Below are positions 19,112 to 30,354 of a stretch of 64,000 nt of DNA, piece by piece. The stretch is from a candidate division FCPU426 bacterium (lineage in GTDB: Bacteria; Oederibacteriota; JAAXVQ01; JAUVAV01). Each line of letters begins with the position of its first letter. The first letter of the stretch is position 1. Where the stretch lies: the NCBI GenBank assembly GCA_040756875.1, contig JBFLYH010000003.1, positions 1 through 64,000 of the forward strand, in the 5' to 3' direction. The position numbers and the translations under genes were made by a program. The notes below the pieces were generated by a model. It was given only the letters and a program-made list of their open reading frames with translations, did not search any database and was not told the DNA's origin.

Positions 19112-20107
19112 TTAGTTCTTTTTCGCCGCCAGCTCCTGGCCGGAGAGGTAAGACAGGTCCATCCCCAGGCTCAGGCCCATTTCGGCCAGAATCTCCTTGA
19201 TTTCGTTCAAGGATTTCCGCCCAAAGTTCCGGTAGCGAAGCATTTCGCTCTCGGTTTTCTGGACCAGTTCACCGATCATCTTGATATTGGCGGTTTTCAG
19301 GCAGTTGCTGGAACGCACGGACAGTTCCATTTCCTCCACGCTGCGGTTCAGGAGCTCGCGCAGACGTTCCTTTTCCTCGTCCACTTCCTCGACTTCCTCG
19401 ACCGGTTCTTCCTCGAAATTGATGAATATCGCCATGTGATCCTTGAGGATCTTGGCGGCGTGGGCCAGAGCGTCCTCGGGCCGGATGCGGCCGTCGGTCC
19501 AGATTTCCATGATCAGCTTGTCATAATCGGTCATCTGCCCTACGCGGGTGTTCTCCGTCTCGATCTTGACTTTGGTCACGGGCGTGAAGACCGAATCCAA
19601 CGGAATCGTGCCCAGGGATTGGTCTTCCCGGCGGTTGCGGCCGGCATCCATGTAGCCGCGGCCCGAGGCGATCTCGATTTCCATCTCCAGGGTGGCGTCT
19701 CGGTCGTTCAGCGTGGCGATGTGCAGGTCGGGATTGATGATCTCCACCCCGGAGTCGGCTTGGATGTCCGCGGCCGTCACTTCCCGCTCGCCGTTGGCCA
19801 GGAGACGCACCACCTTGGGTCCGTCTTCCAGCAGTTTGACCTTCAACTGTTTCAGATTGAGCACGATGTCGGTGGTGTCTTCCACCACTCCCTGAATGGA
19901 GGCGAATTCATGCACCACACCATTGATCCGCACGGAGGTGGCCGCCGCAGCCTGAATGGAAGACAGCAGGATTCGGCGCAACGAATTGCCGATGGTGGTC
20001 GCGAAACCGCGTTCAAACGGTTCGGCCACAAACTTGCCATACTGTCCGGTCAGGCTTTCGCGATCGCATTCCAAACGCTCGGGTTTAACCAGGCTTTTCC
20101 ACTTCAT
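19112..20107 (-). CDS. rpoA: RNA polymerase alpha subunit
   Basis: [41 protein letters not shown]. Confidence 0.99.
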   Translation of the reverse strand: MKWKSLVKPERLECDRESLTGQYGKFVAEPFERGFATTIGNSLRRILLSSIQAAAATSVRINGVVHEFASIQGVVEDTTDIVLNLKQLKVKLLEDGPKVVRLLANGEREVTAADIQADSGVEIINPDLHIATLNDRDATLEMEIEIASGRGYMDAGRNRREDQSLGTIPLDSVFTPVTKVKIETENTRVGQMTDYDKLIMEIWTDGRIRPEDALAHAAKILKDHMAIFINFEEEPVEEVEEVDEEKERLRELLNRSVEEMELSVRSSNCLKTANIKMIGELVQKTESEMLRYRNFGRKSLNEIKEILAEMGLSLGMDLSYLSGQELAAKKN

Positions 20108-20199
20108 GGTTGTCTGCTCCCCTTTGGCGCCAGCAAAATTGTGAACTCCCTGCAGTCAACTGCAGGCTGAAGGTCAGGAAATCTAGCCCTGGCCCGGGA

Positions 20200-20829
20200 T
20201 TACTTCGAATACAATTCGACGACCAGTTGCTCCTGGACCGACAGGTCCAGTTCCGCGCGCTTCGGCACGGTTTTAAAGACCCCGGTCCGGGCTTCGTGAT
20301 TCACTTCCAGCCAGGCGGGAATGCCGCCCCGACGCGAGATGGTTTCGATCGCATGCTGAACGGGTTTCAATTCCTTGCTTTGGTTGCGGATTTCCACCCG
20401 GTCCCCCGGCTTCAGCTGGAAGGACGCAATGTCCACTTTGCGGCCGTTGACCATGACGTGCCCGTGGTTGACCAGCTGCCTGGAAGCCAGGCGGTTGATC
20501 GCGTAGCCCATGCGAAACAGCACGTTGTCCAGGCGGCGCTCCAGCAATTGCAGCATAATCTCGCCGGTGACGCCGTGCTTGCGGCTGGCCTCTTCGTAAT
20601 AGCGCCGGAATTGGCGTTCCAAAACGCCGTAAATCTTGCGCAGTTTCTGCTTTTCGCGCAACTGCCGGCCGTAGTCCGAAAGCTTGGCCCGGGTGTCCTT
20701 GTGCTGTCCGGGCGCGTAACCACGCCGCTCCATCGCGCATTTGTCCGTCATGCATTTATTGCCCTTCAGGAAGAGCTTGACGCCCTCCCGGCGGCATAAT
20801 TTGCATTCCGGGCCAATATATCTGGCCAT
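20200..20829 (-). CDS. rpsD: 30S ribosomal protein S4 (zinc-binding form)
   Basis: [18 protein letters not shown]...[16 protein letters not shown]. Confidence 0.99.
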   Translation of the reverse strand: MARYIGPECKLCRREGVKLFLKGNKCMTDKCAMERRGYAPGQHKDTRAKLSDYGRQLREKQKLRKIYGVLERQFRRYYEEASRKHGVTGEIMLQLLERRLDNVLFRMGYAINRLASRQLVNHGHVMVNGRKVDIASFQLKPGDRVEIRNQSKELKPVQHAIETISRRGGIPAWLEVNHEARTGVFKTVPKRAELDLSVQEQLVVELYSK

Positions 20830-20860
20830 AGTGCTGTTCCTCCTTGTCCGCTCTTGCGGC

Positions 20861-21253
20861 TTAGACGCGCCGCCGCTTCGGGGGGCGGCAGCCGTTATGG
20901 GGAATCGGGGTGACATCCTTGATCAACGTGATATCCAAACCCACAGCCTGCAGGCTGCGGATCGCCGCTTCGCGTCCGGCGCCAGGCCCCTTGACATAGA
21001 CTTCGATCTCTTTCATGCCCGCTTCCAGCGCCTTGCGCCCGGCCGCTTCAGCCGCCATTTGGGCGGCATACGGCGTGCTCTTGCGCGAACCTTTCAACCC
21101 CACCTGGCCGGCCGAGGACCACGAAACAACCGCGCCGGTTTTGTCCGTAATGGACACAATGGTGTTGTTGAAGGTGGATTGGATGTGGGCCATTCCCACC
21201 GTGGAAACTTTTTTTACTTTTTTCTTGCTGCGGACGGTGCTTTTCTTAACCAC
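20861..21253 (-). CDS. rpsK: 30S ribosomal protein S11
   Basis: [26 protein letters not shown]. Confidence 0.99.
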   Translation of the reverse strand: MVKKSTVRSKKKVKKVSTVGMAHIQSTFNNTIVSITDKTGAVVSWSSAGQVGLKGSRKSTPYAAQMAAEAAGRKALEAGMKEIEVYVKGPGAGREAAIRSLQAVGLDITLIKDVTPIPHNGCRPPKRRRV

Positions 21254-21305
21254 CTGTCGCCTCCTTTATGCCGTTCTGCCGCCTGTTCATTTCCCGCGGA
21301 AGGGA

Positions 21306-21442
21306 TTAACAGGGTGCTGAAAACCCATACATGTTCCGCTAGCACCCTGTTACCCCATGAAAAATCTCTGATTTTTCATGGGGTATTCCATGCAACGCAA
21401 TCGAAAAAGACCGCTCTGCGGGCTTTTTCATCAGCCTGTTAA
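21306..21442. mobile_element. Putative MITE-like element with terminal inverted repeats, flanked by TTAA
   Basis: TTAA-CAGGGTGCTGAAAA ... TTTTCATCAGCCTG-TTAA; internal perfect 16-bp hairpin at 21351-21385. Confidence 0.55.
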
Positions 21443-21822
21443 GTCTTTTCCGACGCCTGCTTCTTGTTGGCGATGGTTTTCCGCGGTCCCTTCCGGGTGC
21501 GCGCGTTGGTCCGGGTCCGCTGGCCCCGCACCGGAAGTCCCCGCCGGTGCCGAAAGCCGCGATAGCTGCCGATGTCGATCAGGCGCTTGATGTCCTGGCT
21601 GACTTCGCGCCGCAGGTCACCCTCGACCTTGTAGGATTTGTTGATGACGGTCTGCAGCCGGTGCACTTCGTCTTCGGTCAGGTTTTTAACCCGGACGTCC
21701 GGCGAGACACTGGCTTCCGCCACGATTCGGTGCGATAACGTCGAACCGATGCCGTAGATATATGTCAGCGCCACTTCCACGCGCTTGTCCTTGGGCAAGT
21801 CCACACCGCTGATACGAGCCAT
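21439..21822 (-). CDS. rpsM: 30S ribosomal protein S13
   Basis: [28 protein letters not shown]. Confidence 0.99.
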   Translation of the reverse strand: MARISGVDLPKDKRVEVALTYIYGIGSTLSHRIVAEASVSPDVRVKNLTEDEVHRLQTVINKSYKVEGDLRREVSQDIKRLIDIGSYRGFRHRRGLPVRGQRTRTNARTRKGPRKTIANKKQASEKT

Positions 21823-21844
21823 GCTCGGCCTCCTTACGCCGGGA

Positions 21845-21958
21845 TCAACCCTGGCGTTGCTTATGCTTGGGATTGGTGCAAATAACGCGAATGACGCCTT
21901 TGCGCTTGATCACTTTGCACTTTTCACACAATGCCTTGACTGACGCTCGAACTTTCAT
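21845..21958 (-). CDS. rpmJ: 50S ribosomal protein L36 (not in ORF track)
   Basis: [37 protein letters not shown]. Confidence 0.97.
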   Translation of the reverse strand: MKVRASVKALCEKCKVIKRKGVIRVICTNPKHKQRQG

Positions 21959-21977
21959 ACCTGCCTCGCTTTCACCA

Positions 21978-22271
21978 CTATTTGAACCGGTAGGTGATCC
22001 GCCCCCGCTCCAAATCGTAGGGGGACATTTCCACGGTCACGCGGTCGCCGGGAAGGATGCGGATGAAATTCATGCGCATTTTCCCGGAGATATGGGCCAG
22101 CACTTTGTGGCCGTTGTCCAATTCCACCCGAAACATGGCATTGGGAAGGGATTCCATCACCTTGCCTTCCAACTGGATGGAGTCTTCCTTGGCCTGCGTG
22201 CGGATTTCTTTGGCCGGTTTCGCTTTCCGGCTGTCCTGGGGGCGCCTGAAGTGATTTCCTCTGCCCTTCAT
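21978..22271 (-). CDS. infA: Translation initiation factor IF-1 with N-terminal extension
   Basis: [51 protein letters not shown]. Confidence 0.97.
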   Translation of the reverse strand: MKGRGNHFRRPQDSRKAKPAKEIRTQAKEDSIQLEGKVMESLPNAMFRVELDNGHKVLAHISGKMRMNFIRILPGDRVTVEMSPYDLERGRITYRFK

Positions 22272-23011
22272 CCGGTTAGAACCTCCGCTTCGGATTCGCT
22301 GATCGCGACCGTATGTTCAAAGTGCGCCGAACGGCTGCCGTCGTTCGTGACCACGGTCCAGCGGTTCTTCAGCACGTGCACACCGTATTGCCCCGCGTTG
22401 ACCATGGGCTCGATGGCCAGAACCATGCCCGGCTTCAGCAAAACGCCCTGGTGCGGGGGTCCGAAATTAGGCACCTGCGGATCCTCGTGCAATTCCCGCC
22501 CGATGCCGTGCCCCACGAAATCGCGGACCACGGAAAATCCGGCTGCTTCCACGTGGCGCTGGACCGCATGCCCGATGTCGGACAGCCGGTTGCCGCTCCG
22601 GGCCTGCGCGATTCCCAGCTGCAGGGCGGCTCGCGTCACTTCCAGCAAGCGCAGGGATTCCTCCGCCACGGCGCCCACGGGATAGGTGCGCGCTGCATCG
22701 CCGTGCCACCCTTCCCAACAGACGCCCACGTCCACGCTGAGCAGGTCGCCTTCACGCAGCTTCCGGTTTCCCGGAATCCCGTGCACCACTTCCTCGTTCA
22801 GCGAAGTGCAGAGCGTGCCGGGAAACCCGTGGTACCCCTTGAACGATGGCTTCCCGCCGCGCTCGCGAATCAGGGCTTCGGCCCAGCGGTCGAGTTCCGC
22901 GGTCGTGACGCCCGGCTTGATCAACGCTTCCAAGCCGGAAAACACTTCAGCCACCACTCGCCCGGCCTGACGCATGGCCGCGATCTCCGCCCGGCTGCGG
23001 AGCGCAATCAT
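22268..23011 (-). CDS. map: Methionine aminopeptidase type I
   Basis: EVVHGIP, DVGV..GWHGD, GHGIG..LHEDP, AIEPM, AHFEHTV. Confidence 0.98.
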   Translation of the reverse strand: MIALRSRAEIAAMRQAGRVVAEVFSGLEALIKPGVTTAELDRWAEALIRERGGKPSFKGYHGFPGTLCTSLNEEVVHGIPGNRKLREGDLLSVDVGVCWEGWHGDAARTYPVGAVAEESLRLLEVTRAALQLGIAQARSGNRLSDIGHAVQRHVEAAGFSVVRDFVGHGIGRELHEDPQVPNFGPPHQGVLLKPGMVLAIEPMVNAGQYGVHVLKNRWTVVTNDGSRSAHFEHTVAISESEAEVLTG

Positions 23012-23012
23012 G

Positions 23013-23693
23013 CTACTGATTCCACTCCGCGGCGGCCCGGATCATGTTGACGATCTCCGTTATTTCGCCGGCCGCCTTTACAGTCCTCAGCAATCCCGCT
23101 TTCCGGTAATACTCGATCAGGGGCGCCGTCTGTTCCTGGTAAACCTGCAAGCGCTTGGAAATGGTCTCCACGGTGTCGTCCGAACGCTGCACCAACTGGC
23201 CTCCGCACTGGTCGCAGATGCCTTCCTGTTTCGGCCGCAGGTTGGTATTCACGTTGTAATTCGCGCGGCAGTTCGGGCACACCCTCCGGCCGGTCAGCCG
23301 GCGCAGGAGAACGTCCTGCGGCACTTCGATATTAATCACAGCGGTCAGGACCCCGCCGTCGCGTTCCAGCAGGTTTTGCAGGTCTTCGGCTTGCTGGATG
23401 GTGCGGGGAAATCCGTCCAAAATAAATCCGTTCGCCGCATCTTTTTCCCGCAGACGTTCGGACACCATGCGGGTGACCAGCTCGTCCGGCACCAGGGCGC
23501 CCTGGTCCATGTATGTTTTGGCCTGCTGCCCCAGGGGCGTCTGCTGCTTCACGTTCAGCCGCAGGAGATCCCCGGTTGAGATGGTGGGCACCTGCCAATG
23601 CTGGCTGAGCGGGCCGGCGTACGTGCCTTTGCCGGCGCCCGGCGCGCCCAGGAAAACCAAGCGCATGGTTTCGTTCATATCGCCTGTCTCCAT
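23013..23693 (-). CDS. adk: Adenylate kinase (Zn-binding LID)
   Basis: GAPGAGKGT, STGDLLR, LDGFPRT, CPNC...CDQC. Confidence 0.98.
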   Translation of the reverse strand: METGDMNETMRLVFLGAPGAGKGTYAGPLSQHWQVPTISTGDLLRLNVKQQTPLGQQAKTYMDQGALVPDELVTRMVSERLREKDAANGFILDGFPRTIQQAEDLQNLLERDGGVLTAVINIEVPQDVLLRRLTGRRVCPNCRANYNVNTNLRPKQEGICDQCGGQLVQRSDDTVETISKRLQVYQEQTAPLIEYYRKAGLLRTVKAAGEITEIVNMIRAAAEWNQ

Positions 23694-25030
23694 CAGAAAG
23701 CCGTGCGGCCTTTTAATTTGCCCTGCTTCATGAATCCTTCATAGTGGCGCATGAGCAGGTGCGATTCGATCTGCTTCATGGTGTCCAGGGCCACGCCCAC
23801 CACGATCAGCATGGTGGTGCCTCCGAAGTACCAGCCGATGGACATCTGCTTGGCCAGCAAGTCGGGGACAATGGCGATCAGAACCACGGCCAGGGCGCCG
23901 CCCAGGGTGATGCGGGAGAGCGTCTGGTCGATATACTCCGCGGTGGATTTGCCCGGACGCAAGCCGGGAATGAAACCGCCGTATTTTTTCATGTTTTCCG
24001 CCACGTCGGTCGGATTGAAGGTGATGGCCGTATAGAAGTAACAGAAAAACACGATCAAAACCGCATATAAAACCGTATACAACCAGCTGCCCGGAGACAT
24101 CAGGGTGATCAACGTGTGGATCATGCTTTGCCCCACACCCTCAGCCGCGGGGTTCTCAAAATACTTGGCCAGCGTGGTGGGTGTAATCAACACCGAACTG
24201 GCGAAAATGACGGCGATGACCCCGGAATAATCCACTTTCAGCGGCAGCTGGGTGGATTGGCCGCGATAAACCTTGCGGCCGACAATGCGCTGGGCATATT
24301 GCACCGGCACTTTTCGGTAAGACTGCTGGATCACCACCGTCAGCGCGACCAAGGCCAGGAGGACCGCCAGGAACAATAAAACCTGGAAAAGGTTGACCGA
24401 GCCCGCGGAAAACAAGGCCCACATGGTGCCCATTTCCATGGGAAGCCGCGCCACGATACCGGCAAAGATCAGCATGGACATACCGTTGCCGATGCCGCGT
24501 TCATTAATCTGCTCGCCCAGCCACATGATGAAAATCGTGCCGCACGTCAGGGTCAGCACCGTAGAGATCTGGAATCCCAGCCCCCAGTTGGGGACGATCG
24601 ATTCGCCGCCAGCAGGGCTGACATTGCGCAGCATATACGTCATGCCCACGGATTGGATCACGCACAGCAGCACCGTGCCATAGCGGGTGTACTGCGTGAT
24701 TTTCTTCCGCCCCTGCTCGCCTTCCTTTTGCAGCCGTTCCAGGTACGGCACCACCGTGGTCAGAAGCTGGATGATGATGGACGTCGAGATATACGGCATG
24801 ATGCCCAGGGCGAAAACGGAAAAATGACTCAAGGCACCGCCGGAAAACAGGTTCATGAAACCCAAAACGCCTCCCGCCTGGCTCTGGATCAGAGCCTCCA
24901 TGGCGGCCGCATTGATCCCGGGCGTGGGTACGTGGGATCCGATGCGGAAGACGAAAATCATTCCCAAGGTGAACAGAATGCGCCGTTTCAGTTCGGGAAT
25001 GGATATGGCGTTCTGGAAGGCATCAATCAT
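23693..25030 (-). CDS. secY: Preprotein translocase SecY
   Basis: FALGIMPYIS, WLGEQINERGIGNG, FIPGLRPGK, GGTTMLIVVGV. Confidence 0.99.
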   Translation of the reverse strand: MIDAFQNAISIPELKRRILFTLGMIFVFRIGSHVPTPGINAAAMEALIQSQAGGVLGFMNLFSGGALSHFSVFALGIMPYISTSIIIQLLTTVVPYLERLQKEGEQGRKKITQYTRYGTVLLCVIQSVGMTYMLRNVSPAGGESIVPNWGLGFQISTVLTLTCGTIFIMWLGEQINERGIGNGMSMLIFAGIVARLPMEMGTMWALFSAGSVNLFQVLLFLAVLLALVALTVVIQQSYRKVPVQYAQRIVGRKVYRGQSTQLPLKVDYSGVIAVIFASSVLITPTTLAKYFENPAAEGVGQSMIHTLITLMSPGSWLYTVLYAVLIVFFCYFYTAITFNPTDVAENMKKYGGFIPGLRPGKSTAEYIDQTLSRITLGGALAVVLIAIVPDLLAKQMSIGWYFGGTTMLIVVGVALDTMKQIESHLLMRHYEGFMKQGKLKGRTAF

Positions 25031-25467
25031 TTCAACACCTCTATTTTCCCGCCTGCGGCCGCTAATTTTTCGGCCGCGCTTTTTGAAAACTTATGCGCCT
25101 TGACGTTCAGCTGTTTCGGCGCTTCCCCGTCGCCCAGGATCTTCACGGGCAGGTTCTTGACGACCAGGCCGCGGGCTGCCAGCGCCTGCGGGTCGACCGT
25201 GGACCCGGCTTCGAATTTCGACAGTTCGCCCACATTCACCACCGCATACACGGTTTTGAAGCGGTTTTTAAAGCCCCGTTTGGGCATTTTTTGGGACAAC
25301 TGCATTTGTCCGCCTTCGAATCCCACGGCTTTGGGCCCGCCGCTCCGGGCGTTCTGGCCGTTGTAGCCCCTGGCCGAGGTTTTGCCCATGCCGGAACCGA
25401 TCCCCCGGCCGACGCGCTTGCGCGTGCGCCGGGAGCCGGGAGCGGGAGTAAGCTGAGAGAGTTGCAT
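25027..25467 (-). CDS. rplO: 50S ribosomal protein L15
   Basis: RVGRGIGSGMGKT, GFEGGQ, KILGDG. Confidence 0.98.
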   Translation of the reverse strand: MQLSQLTPAPGSRRTRKRVGRGIGSGMGKTSARGYNGQNARSGGPKAVGFEGGQMQLSQKMPKRGFKNRFKTVYAVVNVGELSKFEAGSTVDPQALAARGLVVKNLPVKILGDGEAPKQLNVKAHKFSKSAAEKLAAAGGKIEVLK

Positions 25468-25523
25468 GCCACGAACTCCTTTCATTTCCTTCAACCGTTG
25501 CCCTACAGCAGGCCCAGGGTCGT

Positions 25524-25715
25524 TCAATTGGCCTTGAGGGTCTCCACAATCACCAAGTGTTGGACCGCGCGGATCATGCCGCGGATTTCAGGACGGTCCG
25601 GCAGCAAATGGGAACTGCCCCGTTTGCCCAATCCCAGGGCCCGGACCGTTTCCCGCTGTTCGCGCGTCGTGCCGTTCACGCTGCGGGCCAAGGTGACTTT
25701 CAATTGCGCGCTCAT
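25524..25715 (-). CDS. rpmD: 50S ribosomal protein L30
   Basis: LKVTLARS...TVRALGL...IRGMI..VQHLV; position between rpsE and rplO. Confidence 0.96.
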   Translation of the reverse strand: MSAQLKVTLARSVNGTTREQRETVRALGLGKRGSSHLLPDRPEIRGMIRAVQHLVIVETLKAN

Positions 25716-26251
25716 GCCTTGACCGCCTCCTTCTCTTTCTCCTTGGCCGGCACCGGCGCGCCGGGCAGCTTGCCGCGCAGACGAACCACTTCCTCCTCAT
25801 TGAGGAGGGAACGGAAGCCTGCGAAGGTGGCGTACAGCACGTTGTGCGGGTTGTGCGTGCCGATGATCTTGGTCAACACGTCGTGAACTCCGGCCACGTC
25901 CATGACCGCACGCACGGCTCCGCCTGCGATGATGCCGGTACCCGGAGAAGCCGGCCGCATCAGGACTTTGGCGGCTCCAAAAATGCCGATGACCGGGTGC
26001 GGCAGGGTGTTGCCCCGCAGGGGGATTTGGATCATGTTCTTTTTGGCGGCTTCCACGGCTTTGGCGATGGAAACCGGGACTTCGCCGGCCTTGCCCAAGC
26101 CGAACCCGACCTGGCCCTTGCCGTCGCCCACGACGACCAGAGCGGAAAATTTGAACCGGCGACCGCCTTTGACCACTTTGGCGACCCGGTTGATCTTGAC
26201 CACCCGGTCTTTCATCTCCGTGGTAGCGGGATCGATCTTCTGCTGCGTCAT
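25712..26251 (-). CDS. rpsE: 30S ribosomal protein S5
   Basis: [23 protein letters not shown]. Confidence 0.99.
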   Translation of the reverse strand: MTQQKIDPATTEMKDRVVKINRVAKVVKGGRRFKFSALVVVGDGKGQVGFGLGKAGEVPVSIAKAVEAAKKNMIQIPLRGNTLPHPVIGIFGAAKVLMRPASPGTGIIAGGAVRAVMDVAGVHDVLTKIIGTHNPHNVLYATFAGFRSLLNEEEVVRLRGKLPGAPVPAKEKEKEAVKA

Positions 26252-26279
26252 GCTCTGCCTCCTCGCGGCTTCCGGCCGG

Positions 26280-26648
26280 TTAAAATTTCAGGCCGGCGGC
26301 CCGGGCCGCTTCGGCCAGGGCCTTGACCGCGCCGTGATATTTGAATCCGCCGCGGTCGAATACCACCTGGTTGATGCCTTTGGCCAGCGTCCGTTTTGCC
26401 ACCAGATCGCCGACGGCTTTGGCCGCGGACAAGTTGCCGCGGGCCTGCAGCGAACCCTTCAATTCCGGCTCCTGGGTGCTGACTGAAACCAGCGTTTTGC
26501 CGGAGGCATCGTCAATGACCTGCAGGAAAAAATGCCGGTGGCTTTTAAAAACATTCAACCGGGGCCGTTCCGGCGTTCCGGTCAACTGCCGACGTACCCG
26601 CGCTTGCCGGATGCTCCGGGTTTGATTGCGTGTGCGTTTTAGCAACAT
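26280..26648 (-). CDS. rplR: 50S ribosomal protein L18
   Basis: [29 protein letters not shown]. Confidence 0.98.
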   Translation of the reverse strand: MLLKRTRNQTRSIRQARVRRQLTGTPERPRLNVFKSHRHFFLQVIDDASGKTLVSVSTQEPELKGSLQARGNLSAAKAVGDLVAKRTLAKGINQVVFDRGGFKYHGAVKALAEAARAAGLKF

Positions 26649-26666
26649 ACTGTTTCTCCTCTATGC

Positions 26667-26744
26667 CTTACACCCCTTCACGAAGCCCCGCGGCCTGCCG
26701 AAGAAAAGCAGCGGGGGGATACAGTTCGAGGTGTGATATTCAGA
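26667..26744. repeat. Intergenic hairpin repeat, copy A (rplF-rplR)
   Basis: Ends CTTACACCCCTTC ... TTCGAGGTGTGATATTCAGA, similar to 31725-31800. Confidence 0.6.
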
Positions 26745-26770
26745 GGCCCCGCGGTTCACCGCGGGGAGCT

Positions 26771-27352
26771 TCACTTCTTGGCGCCGCCCGCCGCACCGGC
26801 TCCTCCGGTCGCTCCCGCGCCGGCTTTGCCGACCTTCTGGCGCACGTACTCGCCTTCGTAGCGGATGCCTTTGCCTTTGTACGGTTCAGGTTGCCGCACA
26901 AAACGCAGTTCCGCAGCCACGGCGCCCACCTTTTCCTTGTCCGTGCCCTTGATAACCAACTGGGTGGGTTTGGGCGCCTCCAGGGTGATCCCCTCGGGCG
27001 GCTGGTATTCCACCGGATGGGAAAACCCGACAAACAGGGTCAATTTATTGTTGCTGACCTGGGCGCGATACCCCACACCGCGGATCTCCAGGCTCTTTTC
27101 GAACCCCTCGGTCACGCCCTTCACCATGTTATAAATCAGCGTCCGCGTCAGTCCGTAGAGGCCCCGGAAGAGGCGGTCACGGCTCTTGGGCGGCTTGACG
27201 ACCACGGCCTGCGCCTGCACTTCCACCTCCATGGCGGGATGCAGATCGCGGACCAGCTTGCCTTTGGGCCCGCTGACCGTCAAGTGATGGCCTTTCAAGT
27301 CGACCGTGACGCCCTTCACGATCGCTACCGGCATTTTACCTACACGCGACAT
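26771..27352 (-). CDS. rplF: 50S ribosomal protein L6
   Basis: MSRVGK, GPKGKL, GVGYRA, PEPYKGKGIRY. Confidence 0.99.
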   Translation of the reverse strand: MSRVGKMPVAIVKGVTVDLKGHHLTVSGPKGKLVRDLHPAMEVEVQAQAVVVKPPKSRDRLFRGLYGLTRTLIYNMVKGVTEGFEKSLEIRGVGYRAQVSNNKLTLFVGFSHPVEYQPPEGITLEAPKPTQLVIKGTDKEKVGAVAAELRFVRQPEPYKGKGIRYEGEYVRQKVGKAGAGATGGAGAAGGAKK

Positions 27353-27362
27353 GGCGGCCTCC

Positions 27363-27761
27363 TCACCAAATATAGCAGAGCACTTCGCCGCCGATGCCGG
27401 CGCGGCGCGCCTGACGATCGGTCATGATGCCCTGGGAAGTTGACAGGATGGCGACGCCCAGCCCGCCCAAAACACGGGGAATGCGGTCCACCGAAGCATA
27501 CACACGGCATCCGGGCGAGGAAATTCGGCGCAGGTCTTTGATCACCCGCTCCCGGTTGGGGCCGTACTTCATGAAGATCCGGATGGTTCCCTGACGCCGG
27601 TCCTCAATAAAGCGGTAGTTCTTGATGAACCCCTCGTCCTTGATCAGGCGGACGATCTCCTGTTTAAGGCGGGAGAAAGGCACGTCCACCTTTTCATGGT
27701 TGGCCTGGTTGGCGTTGCGAATCCTCGTCAACAGGTCTGCAATGGAATCGGTCATCGACAT
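27363..27761 (-). CDS. rpsH: 30S ribosomal protein S8
   Basis: [34 protein letters not shown]. Confidence 0.99.
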   Translation of the reverse strand: MSMTDSIADLLTRIRNANQANHEKVDVPFSRLKQEIVRLIKDEGFIKNYRFIEDRRQGTIRIFMKYGPNRERVIKDLRRISSPGCRVYASVDRIPRVLGGLGVAILSTSQGIMTDRQARRAGIGGEVLCYIW

Positions 27762-27920
27762 CTTCGTTCACCCTCTCTGATGGGGCCCGCGAGCCCCATG
27801 TGTGACCTTGCGTCGCCCTGCCTTCCGGCAGGCGGCGCGAAGCTGATCCCCGTTTAACCGATCGGGGCGGCGTCTCTGGTCACCGGCGGGCCGGAGGCCA
27901 GCGACGAGGCCAGCGCCTGC

Positions 27921-28106
27921 CTACCAGCTGGCCTTGACCACGCCGGGAATCTGTCCCTGGCCGGCGAGGTTGCGGAAGCAGATGCGGCAAATCCCGAACT
28001 GACGCAAATAACCCCGCGGACGTCCGCACAATTTGCACCGGTTGTAGCGGCGCACCTTGTATTTAGGCTCCCGTTTCTGCTTGTTGATCAAACACAGCTT
28101 GGCCAT
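27921..28106 (-). CDS. rpsZ: 30S ribosomal protein S14 type Z (zinc-binding)
   Basis: 61 aa, RCKLCGR...ICRICFR..GVVKASW. Confidence 0.97.
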   Translation of the reverse strand: MAKLCLINKQKREPKYKVRRYNRCKLCGRPRGYLRQFGICRICFRNLAGQGQIPGVVKASW

Positions 28107-28119
28107 GAATCCTCCTCAA

Positions 28120-28662
28120 TTACTTCTTGGCGAACGGCGCGCCAAAAAGACGCAGCAGCTCTTCGGCCTCCGCGTCGGTCTTGGCCGTGGTGACAATGGT
28201 GACATTCATGCCGTGGACTTCCAAAATCTTGTCGAAATTGATCTCCGGGAAGATAATCTGTTCCTTCAAGCCCAGGTTGAAATTGCCGCTGCCGTCGAAC
28301 CCTTTGGGCGAGATGCCCCGGAAGTCCTTGATGCGGGGCAACGCCAGATTGAGCAGGCGGTCGAGAAACTCGTACATGCGCGGCCCGCGCAAGGTGACCG
28401 TGGTGCCGATCGGGTTGTTCTGGCGCAGGTGGAAATTGGAGATGGACTTTTTGGCCCGTTTGATAACGGGGTGCTGCCCCGTGATCTGCTCCAACTCCTT
28501 GGCCGCGGTTTCCAGGAGCTTGATGTTGCCGGTCGCCTTGCCGACTCCCACGTTGACCACGATTTTAACCAGGCGTGGCACTTGGAGCTGGTTGCGGTAG
28601 GAAAACTTCCCCATCAGCGCCGGCACGATTTCTTGTTTGTATTTTTCTCTCAGTCGAGCCAT
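28120..28662 (-). CDS. rplE: 50S ribosomal protein L5
   Basis: [29 protein letters not shown]. Confidence 0.99.
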   Translation of the reverse strand: MARLREKYKQEIVPALMGKFSYRNQLQVPRLVKIVVNVGVGKATGNIKLLETAAKELEQITGQHPVIKRAKKSISNFHLRQNNPIGTTVTLRGPRMYEFLDRLLNLALPRIKDFRGISPKGFDGSGNFNLGLKEQIIFPEINFDKILEVHGMNVTIVTTAKTDAEAEELLRLFGAPFAKK

Positions 28663-28678
28663 GAACCTTCTCCTTGGA

Positions 28679-29008
28679 TTAGTCCAACATCTCCTTGCAT
28701 TTCTTGCATGTGCGCACGTACTGGTTGGTGTTGCCGGCCTTTTGAAACTTGACGCTCGTCACTGCATTGCATTTGTTGCAGATCAGCTTCAGCTTGGACA
28801 AGGCCAGCGGCGCTTCCTTTTCCAGGATCCCGCCCTGGGGCATCTTTTGCGTGCGGCGGGAATGGCGTTTGACGAAATTGACTTTCTCGACGATCGCCTT
28901 TCCGTCTTTCGGGAAAATCTTGAGGATTTTCCCGTTCTTGCCCTTGTCCTTGCCCGAAATGACGGTCACGATATCGTTCTTATGCAGTTTGGGTTTCACC
29001 GCAGCCAT
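28679..29008 (-). CDS. rplX: 50S ribosomal protein L24
   Basis: [20 protein letters not shown]-terminal CNKC...CKKC. Confidence 0.98.
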   Translation of the reverse strand: MAAVKPKLHKNDIVTVISGKDKGKNGKILKIFPKDGKAIVEKVNFVKRHSRRTQKMPQGGILEKEAPLALSKLKLICNKCNAVTSVKFQKAGNTNQYVRTCKKCKEMLD

Positions 29009-29036
29009 GAGCCTGTTCCTTTCACTCGTCCGCGCC

Positions 29037-29405
29037 TTAAACGACTTCCGGCGCCAGGGAAATGATTTTTGCGAAATTCCGGTCCCGCAACTCGCGGGCC
29101 ACGGGGCCGAAGATGCGGGTCCCGCGGGGATTCATCTGATCATTGATGACCACGGCCGCGTTTTCGTCGAACCGGATGTACGATCCGTCGGGGCGGCGGT
29201 GGTTGGCCGCGACCCGCACGATCACGCAGCGCACCACTTCGCTTTTCTTGACCTGGGCGCCCGGGATCGCTTCCTTGACGGCCGCCACGATGATGTCCCC
29301 CAGCCCGGCGTACCGGCGCCGGGTACCGCCCAGCACCTTGATGCACTGCACGCGCCGGGCTCCGGAATTGTCCGAAACCTTGAGCATGCTCTGGACCTGA
29401 ATCAT
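29037..29405 (-). CDS. rplN: 50S ribosomal protein L14
   Basis: [25 protein letters not shown]. Confidence 0.99.
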   Translation of the reverse strand: MIQVQSMLKVSDNSGARRVQCIKVLGGTRRRYAGLGDIIVAAVKEAIPGAQVKKSEVVRCVIVRVAANHRRPDGSYIRFDENAAVVINDQMNPRGTRIFGPVARELRDRNFAKIISLAPEVV

Positions 29406-29695
29406 ATCTGAACATCCTCTTTTTCTGCGCTAGGCGCGACTTTGGCGCGTTCCATGACTTCAATCAGGACGTGGTACTTTTCCTTGGACAGCGGCCGGGT
29501 CTCCCGGATCCGCACCTTGTCGCCCACGCCCGCGGTGTTGGCTTCGTCGTGAACCTTATATTTTTTCGAACGGCGGATGTAGCGCTTGTATTTTGTATGC
29601 TGGATCTGGCGCTCCACTTCCACGACGATGGTTTTGTGCATGCGATTGCTGGTCACCATCCCGATTTTATCCCTGCTGGTGTTTCGTTCTGCCAT
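29402..29695 (-). CDS. rpsQ: 30S ribosomal protein S17
   Basis: [28 protein letters not shown]. Confidence 0.98.
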   Translation of the reverse strand: MAERNTSRDKIGMVTSNRMHKTIVVEVERQIQHTKYKRYIRRSKKYKVHDEANTAGVGDKVRIRETRPLSKEKYHVLIEVMERAKVAPSAEKEDVQI

Positions 29696-29722
29696 TTCAT
29701 CCTCCTCGGGCCGCGCCCGCGG

Positions 29723-29932
29723 TTACGCTTTGGTCTCCGCCTTTTTCAGGTCCATTTCCCGAAGCAGCGTCTTGATACGGGCGATGTCCTTGCGGGTGGC
29801 GGCCAGTTGGGCGGTATTTTCCACCTGCTTGGTCTGCACCTTGATTTTCAGTTTGAACAAGGCGTCCCGGCTCTCGGTCAGCTTCCGTTCCAGCTCCACC
29901 CGGCTCAGCTCGCGTAGTTTTTCGATTTTCAT
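29723..29932 (-). CDS. rpmC: 50S ribosomal protein L29
   Basis: LRELS...LFKLK...RKDIARIKTLL. Confidence 0.96.
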   Translation of the reverse strand: MKIEKLRELSRVELERKLTESRDALFKLKIKVQTKQVENTAQLAATRKDIARIKTLLREMDLKKAETKA

Positions 29933-29934
29933 GA

Positions 29935-30354
29935 TTACGCTCCCATCTCCTCGCGGGTCACGAAACGGGTCGCCACGGGCAGGCGATGGGAGGCCATTCC
30001 CAGGGCTTCGCGCGCTACGGTCTCAGGCACTCCGTCCAGTTCGAAAATCACCCGTCCCGGCTTGACCACGGCCACCCAGGCTTCGGGCGCGCCTTTGCCT
30101 TTGCCCATGCGGGTTTCGGCCGGTTTCTTCGTGATCGGCTTGTCCGGGAAAATCCGGATCCACAATTTCCCGCCCCGCTTAAGGTGCCGGGTGATCGCCA
30201 CGCGACAGGACTCGATCTGGGCGCTGGTCACCCAATCCGCGTTCAGGGCTTTGAGTCCGAAGCTGCCAAAGCTGACCTTCGAACCCCGGTACGACAGCCC
30301 GCGCATTTTTCCGCGCTGGACTTTACGATGCTTGATTCTTTTCGGCAGCAGCAT
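29935..30354 (-). CDS. rplP: 50S ribosomal protein L16
   Basis: [32 protein letters not shown]. Confidence 0.99.
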   Translation of the reverse strand: MLLPKRIKHRKVQRGKMRGLSYRGSKVSFGSFGLKALNADWVTSAQIESCRVAITRHLKRGGKLWIRIFPDKPITKKPAETRMGKGKGAPEAWVAVVKPGRVIFELDGVPETVAREALGMASHRLPVATRFVTREEMGA

